IMG/VR virus record: IMGVR_UViG_3300031774_000010
Coordinates: 1-60,111 of that record
Direction: 5' to 3' (one strand)
DNA length: 60,111 nucleotides
Origin: a virus
Taxonomy: Duplodnaviria > Caudoviricetes
The notes beneath the pieces are model-generated. The model was not told the origin of the DNA. It did not search any database and worked only from the letters and a program-made list of their open reading frames with translations. A program made the position numbers and the translations under genes. This document shows, piece by piece, positions 16,819 to 27,427 of the stretch (the stretch's first letter is position 1; each line of letters opens with the position of its first letter).

Positions 16819-19119
16819 ATGCCTTTTGGCGCGAAAGGATTTAGTAATCCATCTAAATTAGGTTTTAATACTAAATTTTCAAGGAAATTTGAAGATGAGG
16901 ATCAATTTAATAAACCTGCAAATTGGGAAAAAGATAGTCAGCCTTTTGGTATAGCTAGGAAAACAAAAAATTATAAAAATAGTGAAGTTGCTTTTTATAA
17001 TACTGATTCTTTATGGTCTCGTTGGAGAAGAGGTTATGAATTATATACTGCAACTCAAAGTTTTTTAGGTTCAACTGCTTCTGAAAGAAGTAAAAGAGGA
17101 GATTATCGAGTTTATTTTACTTTTCAACAGTATCCAGGTGTATTTATACCTGCTCGTATCTATACTTTTCCTTCTGTAAATCAAGAATTAGGTGAGCAAC
17201 TAGTAGGTATGAGAGATACTGATGCTTTTAGTTTTTATGAGCACGGATTACCGATCTTGGCGGTTAGATACTTAGGAAATGTGGCTAGTGGAACTTATAA
17301 TCAAACAGGTACTACGTTGGTAATTACAAAGCAAGATCATGGTCTATATCCAGGAGAGAATGTCTATTTAGATATTCAATCTGGAGGAGGGGTTGATGCC
17401 ACTTTAACTATTGTTAGTACAACACAAAATACATTTACAGTTACAACTTCAGCAGCAAATGTCAGCGGAAATCTTAATTATTATTTATCGACTACTTTTG
17501 GGGATTCGCGTTGGACTGCTATTAGAGTTCGCATTCGCTATATCCCTACAGACGTTACTCTCTTTGCAGGGGAACGTTTAGCAGATAGGATAGTTGAAAA
17601 AGATCCTGGTATCAGCTCTACTTATGCCAGAGTCGGTTCTACTGTTACAGTTACATGTAGTTCTGCTCATGGTTTATCTACAGGGAATAAAGTATATCTT
17701 GATATAAGTACTGGTAATGTTTTATCTGGAAGATATACAATTACTGTTTTAAATACAACAGAATTTACTGTAACTACTATAGGTAGCGGTAATACTAATG
17801 GAAATTTAATTTTAAGTAGATTATTACGTGGTCGTCGTTATGATGATTATGTTGGGTATACAGTTACGAGTATAGATGCTTCAAATAATGAGATAGTTTT
17901 TCAAAGAAAAGATAGTTATGGAGCTACTACTACAAATAGTATTACAAAAACAGTTGTACCTGCTCATCGTGGTTTTGCCGTTGGGAGGTATTTAACGACA
18001 GAATTACGTTGGCAATGCTCTTGTCAAGATTTTTCACGTCGTGATAGTTACGATTTATATAGTGAATTAACAAGAGAACGTTTTCCAACAACCTCGGTAC
18101 GTTCAATTAAACCAGGTCAAGTTTTACAACCTGATGGAACTTATAGCGATGAAAGAGATATTCCAGGTACATTTAGAGATTTAGGTTTTGTTACTATTAA
18201 TAATTTTTATCAGCTACCTGAATATGAAGATACAAGTGGAAATGATACAGCTAATTTAATGTATTACCAATTACGGTGGTGCAAGCATATTTATGCCGCC
18301 ATGTTTGCTTTGAAGCATGACGAAGGTAACGATCCTATTAATTTAACAGGGTCTTATCTTCAAAATGGTCCAAATATTACTATTGATGCTGTTGGGCATA
18401 ATTTAGAAGTAAATACTAAAATTGAAATAACTTTTATTAGTGGAAATGCTGTATCTGGTGAATATACGATTACGTCTGTACCTACTTTAGATAGTTTTGT
18501 TGTTGTTTATCCTTTTAGCAACTTAACAAGTGGCTATTGCACGATTAGTAACTTAAAAAAACATGACTACGTAGGTGCTTGGTTAAATGAACCAAGTGAT
18601 AAACCAATTGGAGAGGGTTTAGAACGTTTTGAACGTAAATTTGAGAAAGAAAAAGAAAAATTACAGGATGCAGTAGAGACTTTATTACTTGTTAAACAAA
18701 ATACTCGTTGGAGTGGTCAAAAAGAAATTATAGGTAATCGTGGATTACCTCAATCAATTGCGGATTTCGATCCATCTTTTCTTGCAATGACACTTACAGA
18801 TAGTGTGAAGCGAGATGCTGATGGGAAGTTAAGTAGATCAGGTAAAGCAGCTAATTTAACAAATAGAATGATTACCTTGGTTAATAAGTTATTTAATAAA
18901 GTACCTAATTTATTACAGGACGTAAAACTAGGTATTATTAACAAGCCTCTAGATGAGTATATAACTGATTTTGAATCAGGGTTAATTGATGGAGGGGAAT
19001 ATGTAAGTGGACAGCTAACGGAAGATACAGCTACTGTAAGTATTATTGATTCTTCAACATATTCACCTTTAACAGATCAAGATACTGTTGTAGATGCTGA
19101 TCTTTATATTAATATCTAA
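16819..19119 (+). CDS. large structural protein with repeated beta-barrel modules and a SWIM-like Zn motif
   Basis: Three HGL/HNL..G..V modules; CSC..DF and CKH motifs. Confidence 0.6.
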   Translation: MPFGAKGFSNPSKLGFNTKFSRKFEDEDQFNKPANWEKDSQPFGIARKTKNYKNSEVAFYNTDSLWSRWRRGYELYTATQSFLGSTASERSKRGDYRVYFTFQQYPGVFIPARIYTFPSVNQELGEQLVGMRDTDAFSFYEHGLPILAVRYLGNVASGTYNQTGTTLVITKQDHGLYPGENVYLDIQSGGGVDATLTIVSTTQNTFTVTTSAANVSGNLNYYLSTTFGDSRWTAIRVRIRYIPTDVTLFAGERLADRIVEKDPGISSTYARVGSTVTVTCSSAHGLSTGNKVYLDISTGNVLSGRYTITVLNTTEFTVTTIGSGNTNGNLILSRLLRGRRYDDYVGYTVTSIDASNNEIVFQRKDSYGATTTNSITKTVVPAHRGFAVGRYLTTELRWQCSCQDFSRRDSYDLYSELTRERFPTTSVRSIKPGQVLQPDGTYSDERDIPGTFRDLGFVTINNFYQLPEYEDTSGNDTANLMYYQLRWCKHIYAAMFALKHDEGNDPINLTGSYLQNGPNITIDAVGHNLEVNTKIEITFISGNAVSGEYTITSVPTLDSFVVVYPFSNLTSGYCTISNLKKHDYVGAWLNEPSDKPIGEGLERFERKFEKEKEKLQDAVETLLLVKQNTRWSGQKEIIGNRGLPQSIADFDPSFLAMTLTDSVKRDADGKLSRSGKAANLTNRMITLVNKLFNKVPNLLQDVKLGIINKPLDEYITDFESGLIDGGEYVSGQLTEDTATVSIIDSSTYSPLTDQDTVVDADLYINI

Positions 19120-19121
19120 GT

Positions 19122-19553
19122 ATGGCTGTACAAATTTTATCTAGGCGTTCCAGTGTATTACATGACCGTCCCTTCCCTACCCGTCTTGGCACTGCTGAGT
19201 TGGCTATTAATAACAATGCAGGTCAGCCCGGACTCTTTTTCGCTGATAATACAGCTTCTCCTGCTACAGGCTTAGTAAAAGTTGGACCTATATCTGTAGG
19301 TACCACTACTCCTAATGCCGTGGCTGCAGGTTTTACTGGGAATAGTAAAGGTGAATCTTGGTTAGACACTAATAGTACGCATATTTTAAAGGTTTATGAC
19401 GGTGCTAATTGGCAAATGATAAAAGCAGTAGCTTCGATTTCAGCAGGTGTGCCAGCAAATCCAGTTGATGGACAACTCCATTACAATAAAAGTACAAACA
19501 AATTAGTTATTTACGACTTAACTGCTAGTGCTTGGGTAAATATTGGACCTTAA
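19122..19553 (+). CDS. fibre-attachment / short tail fibre protein
   Basis: N-terminal RRSS...P...L..AELAIN and WLDT...LKVYDGANW fibre motifs. Confidence 0.65.
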   Translation: MAVQILSRRSSVLHDRPFPTRLGTAELAINNNAGQPGLFFADNTASPATGLVKVGPISVGTTTPNAVAAGFTGNSKGESWLDTNSTHILKVYDGANWQMIKAVASISAGVPANPVDGQLHYNKSTNKLVIYDLTASAWVNIGP

Positions 19554-19795
19554 CTTTTAGCTAATAAATGATCAAGTATTCTATCCAGTTTTGTATGGAC
19601 AGCTTGCATCTCTCGTAGAAAATCTTCTTTCAAAACGTAGTCATGAATTACTTCATTTTTTAGTTTATCAAGATTACTCTCTATGTTATAAAATCTTCTA
19701 TCTAATTTCTTATTAAATTTCCCTAAAGCTTGTGTTAAGCCAGCAAAAACACCAATACTTCCAGAAATAACAGCAGCGATCAGTTCTACTTCCAC
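19550..19795 (-). CDS. small membrane-anchored coiled-coil protein (holin-like)
   Basis: N-terminal TM segment followed by YV.KEDF...KLDRILD. Confidence 0.5.
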   Translation of the reverse strand: MEVELIAAVISGSIGVFAGLTQALGKFNKKLDRRFYNIESNLDKLKNEVIHDYVLKEDFLREMQAVHTKLDRILDHLLAKS

Positions 19796-19864
19796 TTTTA
19801 CTACCTTTTTCTTTATTCTAAAGGGTTTTTACATTTTAAAATATTAAATAGTTAAGAGATAAGT

Positions 19865-20395
19865 ATGGCAACAGGATATGAACCAAATGTAGAGGGTGCT
19901 ATTACGGTCTTAATTGATTTAATGACTGCTAATAACTTTACAATGACTCGTCAACCCTATGAACCTAATTATCGAGGGTTAGTAGACGCAATTATTGATG
20001 TAAAAGATGGATTTCCTGTTTTTTCACCGACTCGTGTCGGTTTTGACGTTACAGCCTTTGAATCTGTAGCAGATGGTGATGCTGTTTACATGAGATCTAG
20101 TGATGGGAAAGTTGGAAAAGCTAGTGCTGCAAATGGATCTCTTGAAAATGCACATGTTGTAGGTTTTGCAGATGCTGCGGCTTCTTCTGGGAGTGACGTT
20201 AAAGTTTTAGTAGCTGGAATGAAAACAATCTCTGGAATTGATCCTGGAGATTTGTATTTTTTAAGTCCTACAACTGCTGGAGCTATCACAACAACTGCAC
20301 CCACTGGTTCTGGACAAGCTGTTACAAGAGTTGGAGAAGGAGCTACGTCTACTTCTTTTAGTATTTATGTTGAACCTCCAGTGAAGTTAGCATAA
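19865..20395 (+). CDS. capsid cement/spike-like protein (DUF2190-like), paralogue 1
   Basis: AFESVADGDAVY...VVGFA...PGDLYFLS pattern. Confidence 0.55.
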   Translation: MATGYEPNVEGAITVLIDLMTANNFTMTRQPYEPNYRGLVDAIIDVKDGFPVFSPTRVGFDVTAFESVADGDAVYMRSSDGKVGKASAANGSLENAHVVGFADAAASSGSDVKVLVAGMKTISGIDPGDLYFLSPTTAGAITTTAPTGSGQAVTRVGEGATSTSFSIYVEPPVKLA

Positions 20396-20856
20396 TGTCT
20401 GGAACAAGTAATTATCAACCATATGAGCCTAATTCTCTTGGATTTACAGAAGCTCTTATTGATTTAAAGGATACATTAGCTGGTAGAACTGTTTATTCTG
20501 TTGCTGGCTTTGAATCTCTTGCCTTTGAGAATGTTACTCAAGGACAGCCCTTATATGCAAGGAGTAGTGATGGAAAGTTAGGTTTAGCCAGAGCAGCTGG
20601 CACTGCGGATGAAGCAAGAGTTGTTGGTTTCGCACAAACTAGTAAATCGGTAGGTGAAACAGTTAGATGTTTAGTTTTTGGTACTTTAGCGACTTCAGGA
20701 TTGGATGCTGGAGAACTTTATTTTCTTAGTACGGGTTATGGAGGTATAACAACTACTCCACCTTCTGGATCAGGACAATATATGACAAGAGTTGGTGAGT
20801 CAATATCAGGTGCTTCTTTGCACGTAAGTTTAGAACCCCCAGTTAAGGTTGGTTAA
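20395..20856 (+). CDS. capsid cement/spike-like protein (DUF2190-like), paralogue 2
   Basis: Aligns along its length with the preceding gene (QPYEPN, RSSDGK, LYFLS, TRVGE, EPPVK). Confidence 0.55.
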   Translation: MSGTSNYQPYEPNSLGFTEALIDLKDTLAGRTVYSVAGFESLAFENVTQGQPLYARSSDGKLGLARAAGTADEARVVGFAQTSKSVGETVRCLVFGTLATSGLDAGELYFLSTGYGGITTTPPSGSGQYMTRVGESISGASLHVSLEPPVKVG

Positions 20857-20865
20857 AATTAAGAC

Positions 20866-22095
20866 ATGGCAACAAGAAAATCTCTAGTAATAGTTAGTGG
20901 TCTGTTTCAGGAGTTAAATACTTCTTCAGATAAATTAGATCTTGGTGGTAATTCATCAAGTGATATACCTGAGGGTACTAATCTTTATTACACAAATGCA
21001 CGAGCTAGAGGCGCTGTTTCTGTTACAGATTCAGGTGGCTTAGGTAGTTTAGCTTATAACAACAGTACAGGTGTTATTACATACAATGGACCATCTACTT
21101 CAGATGTTACAAGTGCCATTTCTGTCGCTAGTGGATCTGGTTTAACGATTAGTTCTGGAGAAATAGGTACAAACGCTATACCTAATAGTCAATTAGCTAA
21201 TAGTTCCGTAACTGTTGGTAGTACATCTATTAATTTAGGTGCTACAGCATCAACACTTGCTGGACTGACTTCATTAACAGCTACTACTCTTTATTCAGGA
21301 GTAGCTGATGCTGCAAACTCAATATCAATAGCTAATGGAAATATAGTTTTTGAAGGATCAACTGCTAATGGTTATGAAACAATTTTGACAGCAGCGGATG
21401 CAACTGCTGATCGTACTCTTACATTACCAAATGAGACAGGTACTCTTTTAACGACAGCTTCTACTATTACCCCAACAGTTAATTCTTTAACTATCGGTAG
21501 TACATCTATAACGTTAGGAGCCACCGCATCAACAATTGCTGGTTTAACTTCATTAACAGCTACGACTCTCTATGCAGGAACTGATGGTGCTGCTAACGCA
21601 GTATCTATAGGAACTTCTGGTTTAGTTTTTGAAGGTTCAACAGCAGATGGTTATGAAACCACTATTAATGTTTTGAATGCAACTGCTGATAGAGCAATTA
21701 ATTTCCCTAATGCTGGTGGAACTGTCGCTTTATTAAGTTCGTTAAGTGTTGCAGGTGGCTCAGGACTTACATATAACTCATCTACAGGTGCATTTGGCAC
21801 CAGTTCTATTCCTAATGCTCAATTAGCAAACAGCACGGTTACAATAGGTAGTACATCTGTTGCTTTAGGAGGAACAGCTTCAACAATTTCAGGGTTAACT
21901 TCATTTACTTGTAACGCCATAGTTACTAATGATAATGGTTTTAGGATTAGAGATAATTCTGACAATACAAAGCAATTAGCTTTTGAATGTTCGGGTATAT
22001 CGGGTAGCACCACTCGAACGTTAACGGCACCTAACGATTCAGGGACAATCTCTACTGAAAGTTTTGCCACCGCAATAGCAGTTGCATTAGGATAG
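20866..22095 (+). CDS. tail fibre protein with internal repeats
   Basis: EGTNLYYTNARAR motif; repeated IPNxQLANSxVTxGSTS and VFEGSTAxGYET units. Confidence 0.75.
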   Translation: MATRKSLVIVSGLFQELNTSSDKLDLGGNSSSDIPEGTNLYYTNARARGAVSVTDSGGLGSLAYNNSTGVITYNGPSTSDVTSAISVASGSGLTISSGEIGTNAIPNSQLANSSVTVGSTSINLGATASTLAGLTSLTATTLYSGVADAANSISIANGNIVFEGSTANGYETILTAADATADRTLTLPNETGTLLTTASTITPTVNSLTIGSTSITLGATASTIAGLTSLTATTLYAGTDGAANAVSIGTSGLVFEGSTADGYETTINVLNATADRAINFPNAGGTVALLSSLSVAGGSGLTYNSSTGAFGTSSIPNAQLANSTVTIGSTSVALGGTASTISGLTSFTCNAIVTNDNGFRIRDNSDNTKQLAFECSGISGSTTRTLTAPNDSGTISTESFATAIAVALG

Positions 22096-22099
22096 TCTT

Positions 22100-22498
22100 A
22101 TGTCAACCCAAGTACAATTCCGAAGAGGCACTACAGGTGAAACTGGTAGTTTTATTGGTGCTGTAGGCGAAGTTACAGTTAATACTTCTCTTAATACATG
22201 TGTCATACATGATGGATCAACTCCAGGTGGTTTTTCTTTATTAAGAAGTGATGGAAGTAATGCCTCATTACTAGCAGGATCAGCAGGAAGCCCTACTTTA
22301 AGCTTTGTGGGTGATACCAACACTGGATTATTTTCTGGTGGTCCTGATCAGGTAGGACTATCTACTGGAGGTAGTGCTAGGCTTACAATAGACTCATCGG
22401 GTGTTGTTACTTTTTCAGGAAATGTATCCATTAGTGGAGACTTATCTGTAACAGGATTATACCCAGACAACCTCGCTCTCATTGTCGCTCTAAGTTGA
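22100..22498 (+). CDS. short fibre with Mtd-like N-terminal domain
   Basis: QVQFRRGTT...GEVTVNT...HDGSTPGG. Confidence 0.7.
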   Translation: MSTQVQFRRGTTGETGSFIGAVGEVTVNTSLNTCVIHDGSTPGGFSLLRSDGSNASLLAGSAGSPTLSFVGDTNTGLFSGGPDQVGLSTGGSARLTIDSSGVVTFSGNVSISGDLSVTGLYPDNLALIVALS

Positions 22499-22499
22499 T

Positions 22500-22841
22500 A
22501 TGGCAAATACCTTCAAACAAGCTACAAAATCCAGTCTCGTTACAGATGCTATTAGTTCGACTAATACAAATATTCTTACTACTGGAGGCTCTTCTACGCT
22601 TATTCTTCTTAGTACTCTGGTCGCTAATAAGACATCGTCGAGTGTAAATATAGATCTTTATATAGTCCCTAATAGTGGTGATGCTGTGTATCTTTTAAAA
22701 GATGTACCAGTACCAGCAGGATCTTCTTTAGAATTTATAAGTGGGAGTAAAATTATTCTAGAGTCTAGCGATGTTTTAAGAGCTAGATGTAATACAGGAA
22801 GTGCTGCAGACATCACTGTTAGCTACTTAGATCAAACTTAA
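22500..22841 (+). CDS. small structural protein
   Basis: MANTFK...VPAGSSLEFISGSKIILE pattern typical of fibre-associated phage proteins. Confidence 0.55.
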   Translation: MANTFKQATKSSLVTDAISSTNTNILTTGGSSTLILLSTLVANKTSSSVNIDLYIVPNSGDAVYLLKDVPVPAGSSLEFISGSKIILESSDVLRARCNTGSAADITVSYLDQT

Positions 22842-22845
22842 AATT

Positions 22846-23160
22846 ATGGGATTAACACTTGTCGGTGATATTGCTTCTCTCCAGGCTCAATTTACAGCCA
22901 TAAAAGAAGAGATTGATAAACAATTTGATAAAACTATATTAAATTTAGAAGAAACTAGTTGGGCAATTATTCGTAAAAAAAGAGATTTCTTATTAAGAAC
23001 TACTGATTGGACAATGATTCCAGGTTGCACTGTAGATCAATCAGCTTGGGCCGCCTATAGACAATCATTAAGAGATGTACCTCAAACATATCGAGTTGAG
23101 GGTTACGATGCTGTTAGATGGCCTACACAGCCGTCTACAAAAGGACCTAATACTGATTAA
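22846..23160 (+). CDS. phage tail fibre assembly chaperone
   Basis: IRKKRDFLLRTTDWT...WAAYRQSLRDVPQ...WPTQP. Confidence 0.85.
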   Translation: MGLTLVGDIASLQAQFTAIKEEIDKQFDKTILNLEETSWAIIRKKRDFLLRTTDWTMIPGCTVDQSAWAAYRQSLRDVPQTYRVEGYDAVRWPTQPSTKGPNTD

Positions 23161-23213
23161 GTCTGTATAAGGGCAGAATACAATAGAAGATAATAAGTTA
23201 TTAAACACTAAAG

Positions 23214-26200
23214 ATGTATATTGGGAATGATCTTCAGGTTGCCTATCCTAGTTATAAAATAATTGATGATATCAGTTCAAGTTTTAATGGCAGTAATACT
23301 TCATTTGCTTTACAGGTAGGCGGTTCAACTCCTGTTCCTTTTCCTATTAACACACAACAGGTAATGATATCTGTTAATGGTGTTATACAGGAACCTGATC
23401 CTACTGGCAGCGCTGGTTTTAAATTACAAGGTTCAAATATAGTATTTAGCTCTGCGCCAGCTAATGGCCATGCTTTTTTTGGAGTAATTAATGCAGGTGC
23501 TGATTATGTATCTGCAGGTGCAGATTTTCCAAATGGTACTGTTGGTTCTCCAAGTCTTACTTTTACTAATGATCTAGATACAGGATTTTATCGAGTTGGC
23601 TCTGGTTCTGTAGGTTTTAGTTCTAACGGTGTTTTAACTTCAAATTTTGATGGTAATGGTTTAACGATAACTGGTACCTGTACTGCTACTACTTTTAGTG
23701 GTAATGGTGCTTCTATAACTCATTTAGATTTAGCCGATGCAACTAACACTGGAACAATACCTGTAGCAAGACTTGGTTCAGGTGCAACTTCTTCTAAATT
23801 TTTAAGAGGTGACAACAGTTGGCAGACAGTTAGCGGAACAACAATCAATAACAACTCAAACAATCGAGTTATTACTGGTTCAGCATCCAGCAATACTTTA
23901 GAAGCTGAGGCAGACCTTACTTTTTCAAGTGGCAAGCTTGATATTGGTGGTAGTGATACTGTAAAACTAAACCTTATAGGAGCTAATAACCCAACAATAG
24001 ATTTTAAAGAGGGTAGTACTCAAAAGGGTTATCTTCGATGGAATGCTAGTGGATATATGCAGTGGAAAAATGATGCAGATTCTTCAGAAATAAGACTTAA
24101 AGATGATCTTCAATTTAGTACTGATGGTTCAACTTTTTATTCAATTTTAAATAGTAATAGTAATTTAAATGCAAGTAAATTAACTTCTGGAACAGTAGGA
24201 ACAGCTCGTCTTGGTAGCGGGAGTGCCTCATCGTCAACTTTCTTGAGGGGCGATGGATCGTGGGCTGCTGCTGGTGGTGGTACGACTTCTACTAGTAATC
24301 AAAATTTATACACCTCCTCCGCTGGAAATAGTGATGGTGGTACATATAACATCTCTCTTGGATATCAATCAGGTAATGCTTTAGCTAGTGGAGGCAATTA
24401 TAACATTAGTTTAGGAAGAGAATCTGGTAAAGCTATAACTACAGGTGACATGAATGTTGCTATAGGATATACCGCTGGATATAACATTACAACTGGTGGT
24501 AGTAACATAGCAATTGGAAATTATTCTATGCTTAATAATTCCAATACAGGGAACTTTAATGTTGGTATAGGAAGTAGTGCATTAAGGAGTTTTACTAGTG
24601 GTGAAGATAACGTTGCTATTGGACAAGATGCTGGTTATAACCTAACGAACGTATCTAATAATGTTCTCGTAGGAAAAAACGCTGGATATAGCTCTACAAC
24701 TGGCACCCAGAACGTAATTGTTGGTAATTATGCAGGAGCAATGGGTTCAACTGCTAGTCAGAACAGCTTTTTTGGATATCAAGCAGGTACTGATGTTAGT
24801 ACTGGAACTTATAATACTTGTATAGGATATCAAGCTGGAAATCAAGGATCAAATGATATAACATCTGGTTCTAATAATACTGTAATTGGTCATGCAGCTT
24901 CAGCTTCAGCTTCAACTATATCTAATGAAATAACTTTAGGTAATACATCTATAACCAAATTCCGTATTCCTGGAATTAACTTTGTATTAAAAGATAACGG
25001 TGGGACACCTACTACTGGTCAAGTATTAACAGCAGACGGAAGTGGCGAAGGTTATTGGGCTGCTGCTGCTGCTGGTGTTTCTTCAGATGCTCAGTACAAC
25101 ACTGTTGGTGGTACCAACGCTGGAAATAGCTTTAGTGGTACATCTGCACTTTCTAACACCTTGTTCGGTTATAACGCTGGAACAGCAATAACATCTGGTG
25201 ATTTTAATACGGTAGTAGGTAAAGGCGCTGGTATGGCTATAACAACAGGCTCATACAATACTACAATTGGTGAGGGTAGTGCACTTAATTTAACTACAGC
25301 TCTTTCCAATGTTGGGTTAGGACATGGCACACTTAACACGGTACAAACTGGAAATGAAAATACAGCACTAGGTACTTTAGCTGGACAAAGTATAACTACT
25401 GGACAATATAATATCTGTGTCGGTGGAAATTCCTATGGACCTACGACAGGTCAAGGCAATATTGGAATAGGTAGACTTACAGGTCAAAGCTTGACTACTG
25501 GTAATTGGAATATATGCATTGGTCATGCTGCTGGGAATACGCTTACTACAGGAACAAATAATATTCTTCTCGGTGAATATTCTGCTCCAAGTTCAGTTAC
25601 AGTTAGTAATGAAATAACGCTTGGAAATACGTCTACAACCAAGTTTAGAGTTCCTGGACTTAACTTTTCAATCAAAGATTCAACGGCTACTGATAATTAT
25701 GTTTTAACAGTTGATGCAAATGGTGACGCTGGTTGGGAAGCTGCTGCTGGTAGTGTCAATTCAGATGCTCAGGAAAACACGGTTGGAGGTACAAATGCAG
25801 GAGATAGTTTTAGTGGCACATCTGCAACTGAGAACACTTTGTTTGGATATGACGCTGGAACAGCAATAACAACTGGAGATTGCAATACATGTTCTGGACA
25901 CTCATCTGGAAAAGCTTTAACAACTGCTTATAATAATACTGCAATTGGTCATGATGCTTTAAAAACTGGAACAACTGCTAATAATAATACTTCAATTGGT
26001 CATACAGCTGGAGAATATATAACTACTGGAACATACAATGTTAGTTTAGGATCTAGTGCAGGTTCCAACGTTACAACTGGATCTTACAATCTTTCTATGG
26101 GGTATATGAGTGGTAAGTGTACTACTGGCTCTTATAATATTGCTTTTGGTTTTAATACGATGTACCAATCTGCAGATGGACCTAGTTATAATGTAGCTAT

Positions 26201-26822
26201 TGGTTATCAATCAGGATATTATATCAGTGCTACTGGAGGAGGAGATAACGGTAAAGGTAATACGTTTGTAGGACAAAATTCAGGAACAGGTGTGACTACA
26301 GGTCATAACAACTTATTATTAGGTTTCAACGCCGGATATAGTGCAAACCCTGCTGGTTATATTTCAACTGGTAGTGACATAGTATGTCTCGGTGATAACA
26401 GTATTACTAACTTGTATTGTGCTGATACAACTATATCCTCATCTGATAAACGAGATAAAACAGACGTTACTGACTTTACCCACGGTTTAAAGTGGATTGA
26501 ACAGTTAAAACCAATAACCTATAGATGGGATAAGAGAACTTGGTATAGCGAATATAACGAAGATGGTACTGTTAAAACCGAAGGTACTCCAGACGGTTCA
26601 AAGAAAAGAGCACGACAACATATTGGTTTCTTAGCACAAGATGTACTAGCAATAGAACAAGCTGATGGCTTTGCTAGTAAGAAAGACGACATGCTCATAG
26701 TCAATCTAAATGAAGATGACACAGCTTATGGTCTTAAGTATGAGAGGTTAGTACCAGTTCTCGTTAACGCTATTAAAGAATTATCAGCAAAAGTAACAGC
26801 TTTAGAAGCTAAAGTAGCATAA
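23214..26822 (+). CDS. long tail fibre with beta-roll repeats and C-terminal S74 chaperone
   Basis: NxxxGxxAG 14-residue repeats in three modules; SDKRDK cleavage motif; GFLAQD, YERLVPVLVNAIKEL. Confidence 0.9.
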   Translation: MYIGNDLQVAYPSYKIIDDISSSFNGSNTSFALQVGGSTPVPFPINTQQVMISVNGVIQEPDPTGSAGFKLQGSNIVFSSAPANGHAFFGVINAGADYVSAGADFPNGTVGSPSLTFTNDLDTGFYRVGSGSVGFSSNGVLTSNFDGNGLTITGTCTATTFSGNGASITHLDLADATNTGTIPVARLGSGATSSKFLRGDNSWQTVSGTTINNNSNNRVITGSASSNTLEAEADLTFSSGKLDIGGSDTVKLNLIGANNPTIDFKEGSTQKGYLRWNASGYMQWKNDADSSEIRLKDDLQFSTDGSTFYSILNSNSNLNASKLTSGTVGTARLGSGSASSSTFLRGDGSWAAAGGGTTSTSNQNLYTSSAGNSDGGTYNISLGYQSGNALASGGNYNISLGRESGKAITTGDMNVAIGYTAGYNITTGGSNIAIGNYSMLNNSNTGNFNVGIGSSALRSFTSGEDNVAIGQDAGYNLTNVSNNVLVGKNAGYSSTTGTQNVIVGNYAGAMGSTASQNSFFGYQAGTDVSTGTYNTCIGYQAGNQGSNDITSGSNNTVIGHAASASASTISNEITLGNTSITKFRIPGINFVLKDNGGTPTTGQVLTADGSGEGYWAAAAAGVSSDAQYNTVGGTNAGNSFSGTSALSNTLFGYNAGTAITSGDFNTVVGKGAGMAITTGSYNTTIGEGSALNLTTALSNVGLGHGTLNTVQTGNENTALGTLAGQSITTGQYNICVGGNSYGPTTGQGNIGIGRLTGQSLTTGNWNICIGHAAGNTLTTGTNNILLGEYSAPSSVTVSNEITLGNTSTTKFRVPGLNFSIKDSTATDNYVLTVDANGDAGWEAAAGSVNSDAQENTVGGTNAGDSFSGTSATENTLFGYDAGTAITTGDCNTCSGHSSGKALTTAYNNTAIGHDALKTGTTANNNTSIGHTAGEYITTGTYNVSLGSSAGSNVTTGSYNLSMGYMSGKCTTGSYNIAFGFNTMYQSADGPSYNVAIGYQSGYYISATGGGDNGKGNTFVGQNSGTGVTTGHNNLLLGFNAGYSANPAGYISTGSDIVCLGDNSITNLYCADTTISSSDKRDKTDVTDFTHGLKWIEQLKPITYRWDKRTWYSEYNEDGTVKTEGTPDGSKKRARQHIGFLAQDVLAIEQADGFASKKDDMLIVNLNEDDTAYGLKYERLVPVLVNAIKELSAKVTALEAKVA

Positions 26823-26860
26823 AATGGTTTACAATATAAGTATCAAATAATTTTAATCAG

Positions 26861-27118
26861 ATGGCTGAAAGAACTGCAGATGAAGTTGCACAAATTTTCA
26901 AAGCAGCAGGTGATAGTGTTACTTTGATAAATTCTGACACAGCTAAAGAATCTAATGAAACCGAGCAAGAGTGGAAGGATCGTATTAAAAGAAATACTGA
27001 TCACTTAGAGCTTATTAAAGCCTATAAAAAAGAAGATGGAACAACTTCAATATGGACATCAGAAGATTTTACTGCAATAGATGCAGCGGTTACTGCAGGT
27101 AAAGCGCGTATAGCTTAA
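26861..27118 (+). CDS. hypothetical protein following tail fibre
   Basis: 85-aa ORF with its own -10-like box. Confidence 0.7.
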   Translation: MAERTADEVAQIFKAAGDSVTLINSDTAKESNETEQEWKDRIKRNTDHLELIKAYKKEDGTTSIWTSEDFTAIDAAVTAGKARIA

Positions 27119-27205
27119 ATTAGATAAAAATAGTTAATAAAATTAAGATAGATTAGGAATAAAGTTAAGTACTCATACAATTAAACAGAATCTACAGGTA
27201 TTAAA

Positions 27206-27427
27206 ATGCAAAAGATAATTAATGTACTTTCTATTACGGCTTTCGTTATATCTGCTTCCATTGCTGGTACTGGTATTTACGTATATGCAAATAAGGATGC
27301 ACTCATAGAAAGTGCTAAGGAAAAGCTTATGAAACAAGCAGGAGAAGCAGCAGCTGGAGCAGTATTAAAGAATTTACCAACTTCATCCTTGCCTAGCTCT
27401 ACAGGATTAGCTATACCTCCTTTCTAA
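27206..27427 (+). CDS. small membrane-anchored protein
   Basis: N-terminal hydrophobic helix. Confidence 0.65.
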   Translation: MQKIINVLSITAFVISASIAGTGIYVYANKDALIESAKEKLMKQAGEAAAGAVLKNLPTSSLPSSTGLAIPPF

